A stretch of DNA of 64,000 bases from NCBI GenBank assembly GCA_038134595.1, contig JAYPVM010000004.1, forward strand, positions 101,573 through 165,572, given 5' to 3'. The notes under the pieces are model-generated. The model was not told the origin of the DNA and did not search any database. It saw nothing but the letters and a program-made list of their open reading frames with translations. The stretch is from Pseudomonadota bacterium (GTDB lineage: Bacteria > Bdellovibrionota_C > UBA2361 > OMII01). Below, piece after piece: positions 1-9,774 of the stretch; the stretch's first letter is position 1, and every line of letters begins with the position of its first letter. A program made the position numbers and the translations under genes.

Positions 1-1
1 T

Positions 2-607
2 GGATTAGCAAGTTCGCTAATAGTGGGTTTTATGGATCTGCAAGCCGGGCGGGCTCAGACTACATTTTGCACTCAACTAGAAGAAATTTTCAGCATGTCC
101 AGTGAAGCAACAGCTCTGTTTGAGGATATAGAGGGCATCAATGTTTCAGCCGCTAGCTCCTTTGGAGGAGGGTATCAGGATGCTGTTGTGCAGGCCTTGA
201 CCGATGAACTTGCCAAGCTTCAACGATTGTTAAAGCAACAATCGGAACGTCAAAAAGAGGAGCAAATAAACGCAAGACAGCTTCATGAGGTTCTTATCGC
301 GCTCGACACTCATATTACATCACACAGTGCTTCGACACAGAAGTTAATGTCGTTTCATCAGGAAGCGGCTGGTGTTTTTGATAGGCTGTTAGAAAAATTA
401 GAGAGTTCAGGAATGACCTCAATGGAGCAGCATCTTCGAGGCCTTGATGGACGCGTTCGAGAGTTGTCAAATCAGTTGTCGACTGCCTCTGAAATTCAAA
501 CAGATGCATTGCGGCGTGAACTTCGTGTTATTGCCCGATTGCTGGCCGGATCATCAGTAAACTTAGACAAGAACCTCGACAGTGAATCGGAAGTCTTGGC
601 CAGTTAA
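2..607 (+). CDS. MotA/TolQ/ExbB-family proton-channel subunit, 5'-truncated, with long helical C-terminal tail
   Basis: Frame is open from the window edge (GLASSLIVGFMDLQAGRAQTTF). This resembles the last TM helix and LGFLDLQAGQAQ motif of MotA-like proteins that precede OmpA/MotB-domain genes. Confidence 0.65.
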   Translation, partial: GLASSLIVGFMDLQAGRAQTTFCTQLEEIFSMSSEATALFEDIEGINVSAASSFGGGYQDAVVQALTDELAKLQRLLKQQSERQKEEQINARQLHEVLIALDTHITSHSASTQKLMSFHQEAAGVFDRLLEKLESSGMTSMEQHLRGLDGRVRELSNQLSTASEIQTDALRRELRVIARLLAGSSVNLDKNLDSESEVLAS

Positions 608-618
608 GGAGTCCTTTG

Positions 619-1647
619 ATGAGCTACTTTTCGAGACGAGCAAAGCGCAGAAACTTCGATGTTTGGCCAGGATATGTCGATGCTCTATCATCGATGTTGA
701 TGATGATAGCTTTAGTGCTATTAGTGATGGTTGCCGCGCAGTTTTATTTGGGTAATGCAATTAATAGCAAGGATCTCGCCCTTGGTAATCTGACGCAACA
801 ATTAAAGAGGCTCTCTGCGTCACTTTCGTTTGAGAAGAAAACAGTCGAAGACTTAAAACAGCAGAAGTCTTTGTTGGAGTCAGAGCGTCTGGAAGCGGAT
901 GCCGCATTACGAGCTCTTCGGACTAATCTTAGGGAGCGGGAGCAAGATCTCCGGGGATTGGAGCAAGAAAGAGATACGCTTCAAGCGAGAACAACGAACG
1001 CTGAATCTGAAGTAGTCTCGTTTCGGGAGCAAATGGCCACGCTTGCCAAAGAGGTTGAAGAATTAAACTCACAGCTGCGTCTTCTTACAGCAGACCTATC
1101 TTCGGCAAAGAGTAGCTTGCTTGATAAAGATAAAAAGATAACGGACCTCGACCGAAAGCTACGAGAAGCCATGGTACATAAAGTTGCAGAGCTTGCAGAG
1201 TATCGCTCAGAGTTTTTTGGCCGATTGAAGAAGGCATTGGGCGCAAGACCGGAGGTGCGGGTTGTGGGGGATCGATTCGTATTTCAGTCTGAAGTTCTTT
1301 TCCCGACAGCCTCGGCTGATTTGGGCGAAGGAGGTAAGGTTGAGTTGGCGAAAATTGCGATTGGAATTAAAGAGATGTCTGCGGATATTCCTAAAGACGT
1401 GAATTGGATTCTAACGGTTATTGGCCATACTGATAGGTTGCCAATAAGCACGGCATTGTATCCGTCTAACTGGGAGCTTTCGACTGCCCGGGCGCATTCT
1501 GTTGTACGCTTTTTGATTGAAGCTGGGATACCTGCGCATCGATTAGCGGTTTCTGGATACGGCGAGCATCAACCTATTGAAGATGGATATTCAGAAGATG
1601 CACTTGCTAAAAACCGTCGAATTGAACTTAAATTTAATCAGAAATGA
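619..1647 (+). CDS. MotB/OmpA-family peptidoglycan-binding protein with long coiled coil
   Basis: N-terminal WPGYVDAL TM with the conserved Asp, a coiled-coil region, then an OmpA-like domain (GHTD, NWELSTARA, KNRRIEL). AAGGAG RBS before ATG 619. Confidence 0.85.
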   Translation: MSYFSRRAKRRNFDVWPGYVDALSSMLMMIALVLLVMVAAQFYLGNAINSKDLALGNLTQQLKRLSASLSFEKKTVEDLKQQKSLLESERLEADAALRALRTNLREREQDLRGLEQERDTLQARTTNAESEVVSFREQMATLAKEVEELNSQLRLLTADLSSAKSSLLDKDKKITDLDRKLREAMVHKVAELAEYRSEFFGRLKKALGARPEVRVVGDRFVFQSEVLFPTASADLGEGGKVELAKIAIGIKEMSADIPKDVNWILTVIGHTDRLPISTALYPSNWELSTARAHSVVRFLIEAGIPAHRLAVSGYGEHQPIEDGYSEDALAKNRRIELKFNQK

Positions 1648-1813
1648 CGCGAAAATCCCGCTGGTAACACGGTACAGTGCGGCATAGGCAGAGCCAGGCA
1701 CTTAGCTGATTATTTTACTACGCATTATGCGGCAATTTGATGAAAGAGTGAGGGTTATTTTGCGGCCTAATAAGGAGCTCTCGACACCGCAGAAAAAAAA
1801 CCTGTAGAGATCT

Positions 1814-2683
1814 TTATGTCAAGATTGGCCAGTTCGAAACTTTTCGATCGCTCCATGGACGTGCATCGCCGTTGGTACGACAGAGGGCGAGATCTTCAAA
1901 GCTTATGTCTGCTATCGCAACCGATTCTTCATTTAGCGCGCTTTGTGCTAGAAATCCCGAATCTGGAAAAGGGTCTTTGCAGGGGGCTATGATAGTGCTT
2001 CTTCCATAACCAGTTCCGAGCGAGAAGCGTTCGATGGGGCCGACCAAACTGGTATGAACAACGAACTGCTCGTTTTCAACGGCTCTAGCCATACTGCTCC
2101 ATAATACACGTTGGTGGCTGTGTTGGCTCTCGCAATAACTCGGTACGCAGAGTAGTTCTACGCCATTTTCAGCGAGCGCTCGAGCTGCCTCTGGAAATTC
2201 CGAATCATAGCAAATGAGCACACCGAGTCTTGGATCCGGGAGTTGTTGAAGTCCCATTTCTGAGTGTAATTTCCATTGATGTTTTTCCCATGCAGTGGAA
2301 CAATTTTTGGGTTGGTACAAAAGCGCACCACTGTTCCACGCAATTGTTGAAGCATTTACCGTTCCCTTTGTATGAGGACGTAGATAGGACCCTCCCACAA
2401 TAACTATATTATGCGATATCGCTAGTTGTTTTAAGTGCTCATCGAGCTTGTCATAAAAAGGTAAGAGGTGACCGACTACATCGCGCTCAGCTCCATCACC
2501 GAAGAGGGATAAGAGCTCAACTTCAAACAGCTCCGGAAAAACTACGATGTTGGCACCACCTCGCACCGCTTCAAGAGTCAACGAATTGCAATGTTGAAAG
2601 AATTCATCGACATGGCTGATTGTTCGGACACCCCACGAAACTGCTGCAACGCGTGTTTTTGGTGTTGGAAGAGAAGTGTCCAT
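1814..2683 (-). CDS. Carbon-nitrogen hydrolase (nitrilase superfamily)
   Basis: FPELF, catalytic Lys (QPKN), ICYDSEFPE and ARAVEN motifs. Confidence 0.9.
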   Translation of the reverse strand: MDTSLPTPKTRVAAVSWGVRTISHVDEFFQHCNSLTLEAVRGGANIVVFPELFEVELLSLFGDGAERDVVGHLLPFYDKLDEHLKQLAISHNIVIVGGSYLRPHTKGTVNASTIAWNSGALLYQPKNCSTAWEKHQWKLHSEMGLQQLPDPRLGVLICYDSEFPEAARALAENGVELLCVPSYCESQHSHQRVLWSSMARAVENEQFVVHTSLVGPIERFSLGTGYGRSTIIAPCKDPFPDSGFLAQSALNEESVAIADISFEDLALCRTNGDARPWSDRKVSNWPILT

Positions 2684-2718
2684 AGCTATACCAAAAGCTC
2701 CAGCTATAAAGCTTTGTG

Positions 2719-4794
2719 TTAGAAACCAAGGAGTTCTTCAAGTGCTGTTGTTATATCGGCTTGCTGCGGAAGTATGGCATCTTCGAGTATTGGTGCATGA
2801 GGAACCGCGGCCGCGTATTTCATTCCGACGCGCTTTATCGGAGCGTCGAGATCCATAAAACAGTTGTCGGCAATTTGAGCCGCTATCTCTGCACCAAATC
2901 CCCCAAAAAGCACATCCTCGTGAGCAATCAAGACCCGACTGGTTTTTTTAACGCTATCAAAAACACATTCTCGGTCGAACGGGACAATGGAGCGGAGATC
3001 AATGACTTCCACCGAATAGCCCTTTGCTCGCATTGCTTCAGCCGCAAGGGTGCTTCGGTGTACTAAGGCGCCCCAAGTAACTATTGTTGCATGTTCACCC
3101 TTTCGAATGACTTTTGCCTTGCCAAGTGGAACAAGATGTTCTGAACTCCCTTCGGGTGATTTTGCAAAGACTTGTCTATAAAGGCCCTTATGTTCTAAGA
3201 ACAGGACAGGATCTGAGCCTCTAATCGCTGCCTTCAAGAGGCCCTTTGCATCTGAAGCATTTGATGGGTATGCGATATGAAGCCCAGGAAAATGTGCAAA
3301 GGTAGCCTCTATGTTCTGGGAATGATAGGCGCCTCCACGGATATATCCTCCCACCGGAATTCGAATAACCGCCGGACACGAAAAATCGCCCGCGCTACGG
3401 TAATGTAGCATGGCTAGTTCGTTACGGATCTGATTCATGCCGGTCCACACATAGTCTCCAAACTGAATCTCAGCTACCGGCTTCATGCCACGAGTTGCTA
3501 ATCCTATTGCCACACCTACAATTGAGCTCTCAGCAAGCTGGCTGTTAAAGACACGGTCTTTGCCGTGTTTCTCGGTAAGCCCTGCTGTTACTGTGAAGAC
3601 TCCGCCTTTACCGTGAGCTACATCTTCTCCGAAGATGCACATGTTGGGCTCTCTCGAAAGCTCCTCGTCGAGTGCGTGGTTTAGTGCATCGACCATAAAT
3701 GCGTCATCTCCCGTCGGCGGCGTTTCGACTATCGCAGACCAAGGAGTCTCGTCATGCACGGTATGAGTGGTTGCCGAATCAGGGGAGGGATCTGGCGATT
3801 GCTCGGCTTTTTCAGCAGCTTCATCTACCATCCTCTTTAGAAGGACGTTTAAAGACTGTATCTCTTCCTCTGAAGCTGATTTTTGGGTCGCTATAAGCTT
3901 CTCTGTTCGTGCAATTGGACAACGCTGGAGCTCAGCGGCTATATCTTCTTTTGAGCGATACTTTAGATGATTGTCCGAGATTGAATGGCTTTGCAGACGT
4001 GGCACATGGGCTTCGATAAGTGAGGGACCTTCCCCTCTTCTTGCACGGTCATGTGCCGCGGTTAGTGCGTCAATAGACTCAAAGAGATCGCAGCCGTCAA
4101 TTTCCTTTGTGTCGAGGTTTTCGAAGTTTTTCGTAATGTGAGCTATACTATTGCCTGCAAGTTGCTCCGAAATATGAACCGAGATGGCATAGTTGTTGTT
4201 TTCGATGACAAAAACAACCGGAAGCTTCTCACGAGATGCCCAATTGAGTGCTTCGTGAAGATCTCCTTGAGCACAGGTTCCCTCACCCGCAGATACATAC
4301 ACGACTTCATCGAGGCCTTTTAATTTTGCACCGAGTGCACAGCCTACTGCTTGGAGAAATTGAGAGCCTGTCGGAGAGCTTTGAGGCGGAACTCTGAGGG
4401 GAAGGCTTGCGTAATGCATCGGCATCATACGACCGTGGGAGTTAGGATCGCCTTCTTTGTTCATGGCATTCATCATTAGCTCTTCTGGAGTCATACCAAG
4501 TGCTACCATGAGAGCCATGTCTCTGTAATAGGGGTAGAACCAATCGTGACCGGCCCGAAAAACGTGAGCTGCCGCAACTTGCACTGCTTCATGACCGGCA
4601 CAGCTAATCTGAAAGTGACATTTGTTCTGTTTATAGAGGGTGATTGTTTTCTCGTCTAATAATCTTGCCAGCACCATTGATTTGTAGGCCCAAAGGGTAA
4701 GCTCCTTATCGGATTGTGCCTGTGAGGTTTGACGAGAGGTTTTTTTTACCGCATTTTTTTTTGTTGGTTTCGATGACTGTCGTGTTTTGACCAT
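2719..4794 (-). CDS. Fused 2-oxoacid dehydrogenase E1 alpha+beta (probably branched-chain/2-oxoisovalerate)
   Basis: GHEA, YYRD, TPP-binding GEG...ENN, HSISD, then beta-part GEDVAHGKGGVF, AEIQF, YHSQ, EVIDLRS. Confidence 0.92.
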   Translation of the reverse strand: MVKTRQSSKPTKKNAVKKTSRQTSQAQSDKELTLWAYKSMVLARLLDEKTITLYKQNKCHFQISCAGHEAVQVAAAHVFRAGHDWFYPYYRDMALMVALGMTPEELMMNAMNKEGDPNSHGRMMPMHYASLPLRVPPQSSPTGSQFLQAVGCALGAKLKGLDEVVYVSAGEGTCAQGDLHEALNWASREKLPVVFVIENNNYAISVHISEQLAGNSIAHITKNFENLDTKEIDGCDLFESIDALTAAHDRARRGEGPSLIEAHVPRLQSHSISDNHLKYRSKEDIAAELQRCPIARTEKLIATQKSASEEEIQSLNVLLKRMVDEAAEKAEQSPDPSPDSATTHTVHDETPWSAIVETPPTGDDAFMVDALNHALDEELSREPNMCIFGEDVAHGKGGVFTVTAGLTEKHGKDRVFNSQLAESSIVGVAIGLATRGMKPVAEIQFGDYVWTGMNQIRNELAMLHYRSAGDFSCPAVIRIPVGGYIRGGAYHSQNIEATFAHFPGLHIAYPSNASDAKGLLKAAIRGSDPVLFLEHKGLYRQVFAKSPEGSSEHLVPLGKAKVIRKGEHATIVTWGALVHRSTLAAEAMRAKGYSVEVIDLRSIVPFDRECVFDSVKKTSRVLIAHEDVLFGGFGAEIAAQIADNCFMDLDAPIKRVGMKYAAAVPHAPILEDAILPQQADITTALEELLGF

Positions 4795-5236
4795 GATTGA
4801 GTCTCTCAAGTTCTACCAGCTACGCTTTTTTATTCCTGACTCTCTATCTCTTTTTTAATCTGAAGGTGGTAATGGAAGAGGAGTCACTTATTGTGCCTGA
4901 CTAATTCTTTCTCTCCGGTCTATCACCCTGAAGGAAGTAGTTCTAGAGCCTCTTTAGGTTTTATCCTTTTTCGCGTTTTAACTACACGGCGATGCAGTAC
5001 TCAAAAATCGTGGTGCAATTGTGTGTAGCCTAACTGATGCGGAGGCTCCTATCAAAAACTTCTTCTATTACGTTGCCATACTAGGTTATGGTTTGCCACA
5101 CAATTATGCTAAGTAACTGACAATTGCTGATTATTTTAGTCTTAGGCAAGGTGTATTTTTAGACTCCTTTGGTGCTTTTCCTATTGTGTATTAACGAAAA
5201 GCGTGAATTGCTAGTGTTGTTTATTTGAATTGGCCT

Positions 5237-6094
5237 ATGAGCACGTTGCTTCTTTCAATTTTTGCCTCCTCGATAGTGTTTGCAATTTTCAAACTGTTTG
5301 ATCGCTTTGATGTAGATATTCTTCAAGCGGTCGTTATGAACTACATTACTGCGGCAGTGTGTGGTTTTGTGATTTTTTCAAACCAATGGCCATTCGGAGC
5401 GGGAGTTGATAGTGATTGGATATACTGGAGTGGTTTTGCTGCATGTATTTTTCTCTCACTTTTTTCGTTGATGGCAATCAGTAGTCAAAAAAATGGTGTG
5501 GGAGTGACGTCTGTCGCGGTAAAAATGAGTTTGGCACTCTCAATGGTGTGCTTGTCTCTGATGTACCATGAGCCAATGGCTGTCAGTAAGATAGTAGGGG
5601 TGTGTTGTGCTCTTTTGGGAGTTGGATTGGTTACGTTTCAAAGGAGCGCAGAAAAAGCGACAACATATTGGATGCCACTTGTTTTGTTTATGGCGAGCGC
5701 GCTACTTGACGTTATGTTAAATTACGTACAACACGAGGTTTTGCAAGGGGTAACTCCTGCTATATTTGCTGCAACATGCTTTGCATGTGCTGGCATCATG
5801 GGGAGTCTAATTGTTGGTGTTCGGAGTACACTTGGTATCTCAAATGTCTGTCTGCGGAGTGTAGGTGCAGGTGTATTTTTGGGAATCCCTAACTTTTTTT
5901 CTATCTATCTCCTAATGGAGAGTTATCGAGATGTATCATGGACAGATTCAAGTGTCTTAGGGGTAACAAACGTGGGAATCGTTGTTGTGACGACGTTGAT
6001 TGGAAGGGTGTTTTTCCGCGAAATTCTCTCGATTCGTCAAGTTGCTGGGCTTGCTAGTGCGGCGGTAGCTATTTTGCTTCTTTCATTTCACTAG
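5237..6094 (+). CDS. EamA/DMT-family transporter
   Basis: About 10 TM helices in two repeats; NYITA, VKMSL and GIPNFFSI motifs. Confidence 0.8.
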   Translation: MSTLLLSIFASSIVFAIFKLFDRFDVDILQAVVMNYITAAVCGFVIFSNQWPFGAGVDSDWIYWSGFAACIFLSLFSLMAISSQKNGVGVTSVAVKMSLALSMVCLSLMYHEPMAVSKIVGVCCALLGVGLVTFQRSAEKATTYWMPLVLFMASALLDVMLNYVQHEVLQGVTPAIFAATCFACAGIMGSLIVGVRSTLGISNVCLRSVGAGVFLGIPNFFSIYLLMESYRDVSWTDSSVLGVTNVGIVVVTTLIGRVFFREILSIRQVAGLASAAVAILLLSFH

Positions 6095-6216
6095 ATACCA
6101 CCTATCGGTTTGCGTATGGATTAGTGCGCTTTGATTTTGGTATTTGCAGGGTTGTTTGCCTAGAGCGTGACGATGTTTTTATACTCTCGGTTCGCGTTGT
6201 GTTACGGGTCATTATT

Positions 6217-7125
6217 ATGTTCAGTTCTCATCATCCCCAAAGTTATTCGGAACAATTTGTTTCCATATCGGCTCCATGTCCTATCGTAGAGAATGTCCGT
6301 TCGGCTGGTTTGTTATCGAGAGCACAAGTCGAATTCAATAGTGCAGTCAGGGCTGCAGTTGGGCGTAGGAATGTCACACTCTATGGTGCCGCCGGAGCGG
6401 GGTTTTCTGATTTTCACACGACGATTAATTCCCCACAAGCTTTCTTTGTGTCTCATTATGATCAAATTGATTTGGTGACATGCCTTTCTAAGGCCCAAGA
6501 GTTTATGCGTACGGATAAACTTGCCGAAGCAAGTTATCGGCCATCGGTTGACAGATATAAATTTGACAAGCTAGGGAGTGGCTTTGCGAGTTATGGCTGT
6601 TTAGAGGGTGGGTACTTACTATCGGTAGCAATTGCAACTGAGCTCTCGGCGTGTGGAGTATCGGAGTTTGAGATTATATCGACCCGATTGGGCCCAGCCA
6701 TTGAGTACGCTATTCTTGGTATTGATTATCACGTTTGTTTTATCCAGGGAGATGTTTTATCGGTCTCTATTGACGAATTAGCCTCTCAAGCAGGAATGGC
6801 TATTGATACCTACTATCATCGAGCTGCGATGGAAATCCCCAGCACGTATCAAGGAGAAGGAATGTATTTTATGAGAGACGTATTTGCCCAAATGCCGACA
6901 GGAGGAGTGTTTGTGACGGATGATATATCTGCATCTCCTACGTTTCGATGGTTAGCAGATTGTTCAGACTCATTTCCGATGTCCTTTGAGAATACGGAGG
7001 GTATTTTGTGTGAAGAGGCGTTGCCAAGAGATCTGCTACGCCAAATGTACCGCTCAGGTGTTACTTCTTTGTCTGCTGCCTATGGAGCCTTATTGCGAAT
7101 TCGTAGGAAGTATTATTCTGAATAG
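6217..7125 (+). CDS. Hypothetical protein, possibly a divergent class I SAM-dependent methyltransferase fold
   Basis: Long ORF with motif-like LYGAAGAG, FIQGD and PTGGVFVTDD segments; start codon uncertain. Confidence 0.45.
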   Translation: MFSSHHPQSYSEQFVSISAPCPIVENVRSAGLLSRAQVEFNSAVRAAVGRRNVTLYGAAGAGFSDFHTTINSPQAFFVSHYDQIDLVTCLSKAQEFMRTDKLAEASYRPSVDRYKFDKLGSGFASYGCLEGGYLLSVAIATELSACGVSEFEIISTRLGPAIEYAILGIDYHVCFIQGDVLSVSIDELASQAGMAIDTYYHRAAMEIPSTYQGEGMYFMRDVFAQMPTGGVFVTDDISASPTFRWLADCSDSFPMSFENTEGILCEEALPRDLLRQMYRSGVTSLSAAYGALLRIRRKYYSE

Positions 7126-7772
7126 TGAAAGACACGCTGAAAGTTAGTAATCAGGCTAGTGAGTACTTCTTGTACAGTCGGAGAGGCGGTAGAGAGTTGC
7201 TCAATTGACGAAATATTTATATCCCCCAAACCACAGGGGTTAATTCTTTTGAATTGATCGTTACACTGTAAAACATTAAGAGACAAGCCGTGCAGTGTGC
7301 ACCATCTAGAGATCCGAACTCCGCTGAATGCGATTTTTGTGTTTTCGTCAAGCCAGACGCCTGTTTTGCCCGGAATGCGGATGCCATGTATTTGCCACTG
7401 ATTAAGAGTGCGCAGTGCTACTTCCTCCAGGGAGCGCATATACCAACCGACATCAGTTTTGTGGTGATGTAAATTTATGATGGGATAGATAATAGCTTGC
7501 TCCGGCCCATGGTATGTTACACTGCCTCCTCGTTCCACTCTCGTGAGTGGAATATCTAGAGTAGCTAACTCCTCGGCGGGTGCGAAAATATGCGCGTCTT
7601 CGGTAGACGTACCGCACGTATACACTGGAAAGTGTGAGCATGCCAGCAGTACATCTTGCTGAGCCCGATCGATGACGCCTCTATGGTAACGGCGCTGGAG
7701 TTCCAATGATTTGGAGTACTCAATGACGCCTAAGTCATAGATCTCGAGCGACGGACTTTCAGCCGACGACAT
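7113..7772 (-). CDS. lipB: Lipoyl(octanoyl) transferase
   Basis: HFPVYTCG, RGGSVTYHGPEQ, TGVW, KIA, HGLSLNV and INPCG motifs. Confidence 0.95.
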   Translation of the reverse strand: MSSAESPSLEIYDLGVIEYSKSLELQRRYHRGVIDRAQQDVLLACSHFPVYTCGTSTEDAHIFAPAEELATLDIPLTRVERGGSVTYHGPEQAIIYPIINLHHHKTDVGWYMRSLEEVALRTLNQWQIHGIRIPGKTGVWLDENTKIAFSGVRISRWCTLHGLSLNVLQCNDQFKRINPCGLGDINISSIEQLSTASPTVQEVLTSLITNFQRVFHYSE

Positions 7773-7776
7773 ATTG

Positions 7777-9174
7777 TTAGAAGTTAAGTGGTCTTCCAAG
7801 GGCAAGAGCCATCGCCTCCATTACCCCCTCTGACAGAGTCGGATGGGGATGAATTGTGTCAACAACGCTAGCGGCAATCCCTTCGTGAGAACGGATAATA
7901 GCTGCTTCTGAAATAAGTTCTGTTGCTTCAGCGTGGAGGATGTGGACTCCAAGCACTTCACCAACCTGGTCATCGATGATTACCTTGATGAATCCCTCCT
8001 GTTCTCCGATGGCAATAGCTTTTCCAATAGCTGAAAACGGGATTTTACCGACGCGATAGGCGATGCCTTTTTCTTTGGCAGCCCGCTCTGTCAGTCCTAC
8101 GGAGGCAACTTGTGGTTGGCAGTAGGTGCATCCGGGGATATTGTCGTACTTCATCGGATGTTTTGATTTTCCAGCGGCAACCTCTGCGGCGACGACCCCT
8201 TCATGGCTAGCTTTGTGGGCTAAGGCTGCACCACCTGCAACGTCTCCAATGGCAAAGTGATGCGGGACGTTGGTTCTCATGAGCTCATCGACTTTGATAA
8301 AGCCCCTGTCGGTCTCAATGCCAACTTTTTCAAGTCCTATATTTTCTGTGTTAGGAACAATGCCTATCGCAATCAAACAGGCGTCTCCGCTCCAGCTTTC
8401 AGTCTTTGTTTTACCCTTTAGATTGGCCGTGACTACATCGCCTTGTCGAGTTAGCCCTTCGACTCCTGTAGAGGTTCGAATGGTCATCCCATTTTTCGTA
8501 AAGACCTTCTCGAGTGCCTGAGCGACCTCGGTATCTTCCACTGGTAGAATCTGTTCAGCCATTTCTACGACGGTAACTTGCACTCCAAGTGAGTTAAAGA
8601 AATAAGCAAACTCAATTCCAATTGCGCCAGCTCCGATTACTAAAAGTTTTTTTGGTAGGCGCTTGTTTTCAAGGATTGTGCGAGATGTATGAATGACAGA
8701 ACCATCGATGTCTACTCCTGGAAAGGGTCGAGGTCGAGCGCCGGTGGCGATGATGATGTCTTTAAATGTATATGTTGTGCTTTTCTTTGAGGAGTCAGTG
8801 ACGATAAGAGTGTTGTTCTTATCGAGAACTCCGTTTCCTGAGATCACTTCAATCTTGTTTTTGCGCATCAGGTAGTTGACGCCACCGGAGAGCTTTGTGG
8901 CAACGTCTCGCGAGCGATGGATGATCTTTCCGAAGTCAAACGAAACAGGACCGGTTTCAAATCCAAATTCTGGAGCGTGCTTGAAGTCGTTGAATAATTG
9001 GGCAGATCGAAGAAGTGCCTTGGAGGGAATGCAACCCCAGTTCAGACACACCCCACCAAGGGACTCCCGCTCAACAATCGATACCTTCCGTCCAAGTTGA
9101 GCAGCTCGTATAGCTGATACATAACCGCCGGGCCCGGAACCCAAAATAATGAGATCTTTTGATTGAGTAGCCAT
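7777..9174 (-). CDS. lpdA: Dihydrolipoyl dehydrogenase
   Basis: GSGPGGY, GGVCLNWGCIPSK redox disulfide, GAGAIG and HPHPTLSE. Confidence 0.97.
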   Translation of the reverse strand: MATQSKDLIILGSGPGGYVSAIRAAQLGRKVSIVERESLGGVCLNWGCIPSKALLRSAQLFNDFKHAPEFGFETGPVSFDFGKIIHRSRDVATKLSGGVNYLMRKNKIEVISGNGVLDKNNTLIVTDSSKKSTTYTFKDIIIATGARPRPFPGVDIDGSVIHTSRTILENKRLPKKLLVIGAGAIGIEFAYFFNSLGVQVTVVEMAEQILPVEDTEVAQALEKVFTKNGMTIRTSTGVEGLTRQGDVVTANLKGKTKTESWSGDACLIAIGIVPNTENIGLEKVGIETDRGFIKVDELMRTNVPHHFAIGDVAGGAALAHKASHEGVVAAEVAAGKSKHPMKYDNIPGCTYCQPQVASVGLTERAAKEKGIAYRVGKIPFSAIGKAIAIGEQEGFIKVIIDDQVGEVLGVHILHAEATELISEAAIIRSHEGIAASVVDTIHPHPTLSEGVMEAMALALGRPLNF

Positions 9175-9356
9175 GACTTGTAATGCTCCTTAGACGTAAA
9201 GAATGTTATACTGTAATAGCGTACGCACAGTATCGCTTACTTGGTGTAGATCGCAATAGATACTATGGCAACTTATAGTTTTGATACCATATTTTTTCGT
9301 GGAAACTCGCAGCTCTGTATACTTATCCACAGAGCCTTATCGGAAGATATAGACGA

Positions 9357-9767
9357 ATGATTACGATCCCAGAATCAGAGCTCTCATTTGTAGCGTCCAG
9401 AGCTAGTGGCCCGGGTGGTCAGAATGTGAACAAGGTGGAGACTCGTGTGTCGGTGATATTTGATTTTAAAAATTCGTCAGTACTCACAGATGTACAGAAG
9501 CGGCGAATTGCAAAGCACACACATACTCGAAAACGCCTCGATAGTTTGGGGAGGCTTGTGGTCTCAAGCCAAGTCCATAGAACGCAAGGAGCGAATAAGC
9601 TAGAAGCACACAAGCGCCTTGAGGAATTGGTATCGGAGGCCATTAAGTCTCGAAAGACCCGCCGTCCGACCAAACCATCGAGGTCGCAGAAACGTAAGCG
9701 AACTGATGAAAAGCGCCATCGGGGGGCCGTTAAGGGGCTTAGAGCCAAAGTATCAAGCGCTGATTAG
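9357..9767 (+). CDS. arfB: Alternative ribosome-rescue peptidyl-tRNA hydrolase
   Basis: ASGPGGQNVNKV (GGQ motif) and basic C-tail RRPTKPS...KRHRGAVK. Confidence 0.93.
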   Translation: MITIPESELSFVASRASGPGGQNVNKVETRVSVIFDFKNSSVLTDVQKRRIAKHTHTRKRLDSLGRLVVSSQVHRTQGANKLEAHKRLEELVSEAIKSRKTRRPTKPSRSQKRKRTDEKRHRGAVKGLRAKVSSAD

Positions 9768-9774
9768 GACGAAA

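Noticed and set aside
2..1647. Complete Zorya defence system
   Set aside because: No zorC/D/E-like genes follow; the pair resembles the widespread non-defence MotA-like/OmpA pair.
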